Part shown: positions 62,127-64,000 of the stretch, piece by piece
How positions within the stretch are numbered: the first letter of the stretch is position 1
Layout of the letters: every line of letters begins with the position of its first letter
IMG/VR virus record: IMGVR_UViG_3300020220_000041
DNA length: 64,000 nucleotides
Reading direction: 5' to 3' (one strand)
Origin: a virus
Notes under the pieces: generated by a model
Seen by the model: the letters and a program-made list of their open reading frames with translations, nothing else
Databases searched by the model: none
Told to the model about the DNA's origin: nothing
Made by a program: the position numbers and the translations under genes

Positions 62127-63164
62127 ATGTCCGAAGTCGATGTCAGTCGTGTGCGTGCGGTGGTGTACGGCCAGGCGATCGGGGACGCCCTCGGGTTGCC
62201 GGTCGAGTTCCAGTCGGCGAAGGCCATCCAAGGCCGGCTCGAGGTGTGGAACGACGAGTGGCCGAAGGTGTACCGGGACACGAACCGGTCCACCTCCAAG
62301 TGGAAAGCCGGCGAATGGAGTGACGATACCGAGCAAGCCATCTGCCTTCTCGATGCCTACCTGGAGGGGGTCGAGACGGGCCGGGCTCCCTCGGACAGCA
62401 TCGACGTGAGGCTCGTGTCGAAGCACTTCCTCAACTGGGGGACGACGAACGGGCGGGGCATGGGGAATCACACGGGGAAGGTGTTCGAGCACTTCCTGTT
62501 CCCACTCGAACCGCTCACGGCGTCGCTGGACATCTGGGAGCAGTCGGGCCGACAGGCAGCTCCCAACGGGGCGGTGATGAGGACGGCCTACATCGGCATC
62601 GTCCGACCCTGGGACCTCGACTGGACCTCCGAGGTAGCGGCCGAGTGTGCGGCCGTGACTCACGCGGATCCCCGCTGCAAGGCGTCCGCTGTGGCCGTGA
62701 GCGTCGCCATCGCGGAGATGGTGATGGGGGCTCCCGTGTCGGAGGCCATCGCCCATGCGGCGGAACGGGCATCCAAGCACGACCCCACCGTCCACGCCTG
62801 GATGCTCGACAAGGACATCGCCGAGTTCAACCTCGACGAGGGCCTCGACACCTACAAGAAAGGCAACCCTTTCCCGCCCATCGGCTTCACCTACAAGTGC
62901 CTCGGGGCCGCGTTCTGGGCTCTCCGCCAGGCGCAACTGTTGACCCCGCTTCGGATGTCTTCCCGGGAACGCTTCCGCAGGGCTCTCGAGGGGGTCATCT
63001 TGGCGGGCGGGGACACCGACACCAACGGGGCGGTCGCAGGAGCCTTGCTGGGAGCCTACCTGGGGATGGACGGGTTGCCTCCGGTGCTCGCTGAAGGGCT
63101 TCAACCACGCATCACCCTGGACACCAGGTTGATGAAGCTGCTGGCGGTCCACAAGCGTCGGTAG
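62127..63164 (+). CDS. ADP-ribosylglycohydrolase (ARH/DraG family)
   Basis: VVYGQAIGDALGLPVEF is the N-terminal signature. 345 aa. Confidence 0.7.
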   Translation: MSEVDVSRVRAVVYGQAIGDALGLPVEFQSAKAIQGRLEVWNDEWPKVYRDTNRSTSKWKAGEWSDDTEQAICLLDAYLEGVETGRAPSDSIDVRLVSKHFLNWGTTNGRGMGNHTGKVFEHFLFPLEPLTASLDIWEQSGRQAAPNGAVMRTAYIGIVRPWDLDWTSEVAAECAAVTHADPRCKASAVAVSVAIAEMVMGAPVSEAIAHAAERASKHDPTVHAWMLDKDIAEFNLDEGLDTYKKGNPFPPIGFTYKCLGAAFWALRQAQLLTPLRMSSRERFRRALEGVILAGGDTDTNGAVAGALLGAYLGMDGLPPVLAEGLQPRITLDTRLMKLLAVHKRR

Positions 63165-63182
63165 GGTGACCCAATTCCCGAG

Positions 63183-63935
63183 GTGCCTGTGTCACCCCAC
63201 GTCTGTCCAGTCTGCAATGGTCGTCAGCGGGTTGCCCGCTCCTTCTACGAAGAGGTGTCCGGTCCGGATGAGGAGGTCCCCTGTCGCTCGTGCCATGGGA
63301 CAGGGGTGGTCTGGCCGGTGTCCTCGGAACAGCGAGCGGACCTCGACCTGGTGGTGGGCTTCGCGTCCACCGTCACGGCGACCGACCCCGACCTGTGGTG
63401 CGGGGCTGACCCCGTCTCGTTCGAGATCACGCCCGATTTCAACGCGGGCATCTCATTGGGCACGGTGGACATGCAGCCGTCCACGAACGTGCTGATCTAC
63501 CACGCGACAGAAGGCCACGAGTTCAGCCTCCGGGACTGCCGCATCGAGGTCGGAGACGCGGGAGGAGGCATCGTCGTCCTCGGGAACCTGGGCGTGACCA
63601 CCATCGAGGGCAACTACGTCGAGCGGGTCGACGGCCTGCAGGGGATTCGGATCCACCCACGAGTGCCGGAGGTACACCCCGAGCGGAAGCGGGTGCTCGA
63701 CCTCCTGGCGACGTTGCCCGAGGACATGCCCCTGTTGGTTCTGACCCCCAGGTCGGTCGTGGAGATCGACACCGCCAAGGACTACCGGGGGCAGATGCAG
63801 AGGGGCAGCGTTCAGCAGCGGGGCGTTGAGGCCCTGGTCAACCGCATGAACGACTACCAGGGAAGCCGTGGCAAGTACCCGGTCGAGGTGTCCCCGCGTC
63901 TCGCGGGGCTTCCCGTCTCGGAAGGAGATGAGTGA
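63183..63935 (+). CDS. Hypothetical protein with N-terminal Zn-ribbon
   Basis: CPVCNG...CRSCHGTG. Confidence 0.5.
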   Translation: MPVSPHVCPVCNGRQRVARSFYEEVSGPDEEVPCRSCHGTGVVWPVSSEQRADLDLVVGFASTVTATDPDLWCGADPVSFEITPDFNAGISLGTVDMQPSTNVLIYHATEGHEFSLRDCRIEVGDAGGGIVVLGNLGVTTIEGNYVERVDGLQGIRIHPRVPEVHPERKRVLDLLATLPEDMPLLVLTPRSVVEIDTAKDYRGQMQRGSVQQRGVEALVNRMNDYQGSRGKYPVEVSPRLAGLPVSEGDE

Positions 63936-64000
63936 TGTCGATCCCGCCCCCCGATGTCCCCTACGACCTCCCGCAGCCCGTGACTGCCCTCAACGTCCGC
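63935..64000 (+). CDS. Hypothetical protein, partial
   Basis: ATG overlapping the upstream TGA. The ORF runs off the window. Confidence 0.35.
   Translation, partial: MSIPPPDVPYDLPQPVTALNVR

Noticed and set aside
1-64000. CRISPR arrays or rRNA genes
   Set aside because: No regularly spaced direct repeats with unique spacers and no rRNA-like conserved segments were seen. The repetitive DNA at 59600-60600 is the Ala/Glu-rich coiled-coil coding region of the flotillin gene.

Overview
This window reads as a high-GC (about 63-64%), phage-like replicon, most likely a large actinophage-type or jumbo-type virus. Its gene blocks alternate between strands. It is densely coding, and many adjacent genes are linked by 4-nt GTGA/ATGA/TGATG start-stop overlaps. 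At the left end is a minus-strand tRNA cluster (six tRNAs plus a 3' tRNA fragment) interleaved with two paralogous HNH endonucleases. At least seven further HNH/GIY-YIG homing-endonuclease-like genes are scattered on both strands. One intein is inserted in helicase motif III of a 1510-aa UvrD-like protein. Recognisable functions include:
- Translation and metabolism: a type II glutamine synthetase, asparaginyl-tRNA synthetase, IF-1, a tandem ThyX-like protein, MazG, dCMP deaminase, dNMP kinase and a HAD nucleotidase.
- RNA repair-like: a Thg1-like tRNA repair enzyme, an HD-domain plus P-loop kinase, a minimal nucleotidyltransferase and a DEDDh exonuclease.
- Anti-defence-like: ArdC, a macro domain, an ADP-ribosylglycohydrolase and AlkB.
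- Other: a SNF2 helicase, an RSH-like (RelA/SpoT-fold) nucleotidyltransferase, a metallophosphatase and an NfeD-flotillin membrane pair.
Four things stand out as unexplained by ordinary annotation:
- A strongly conserved ~40-bp promoter-like motif, AGGTTCAGG-N14-GCGTAGTA(G/T)AGG, recurs at least 13 times upstream of genes on both strands.
- Three proteins share an N-terminal MSDxxLRxxLIRLAHAHPExRxxxLPLL signature, two of them with a second copy at the C-terminus. They carry an RSH-like nucleotidyltransferase, a WGR domain and an unknown domain.
- A 474-bp element bounded by 17-bp terminal inverted repeats carries a TnpB C-terminal remnant and splits a structural-type gene exactly in frame.
- A scrambled DNA polymerase I fragment lies in the minus-strand block.
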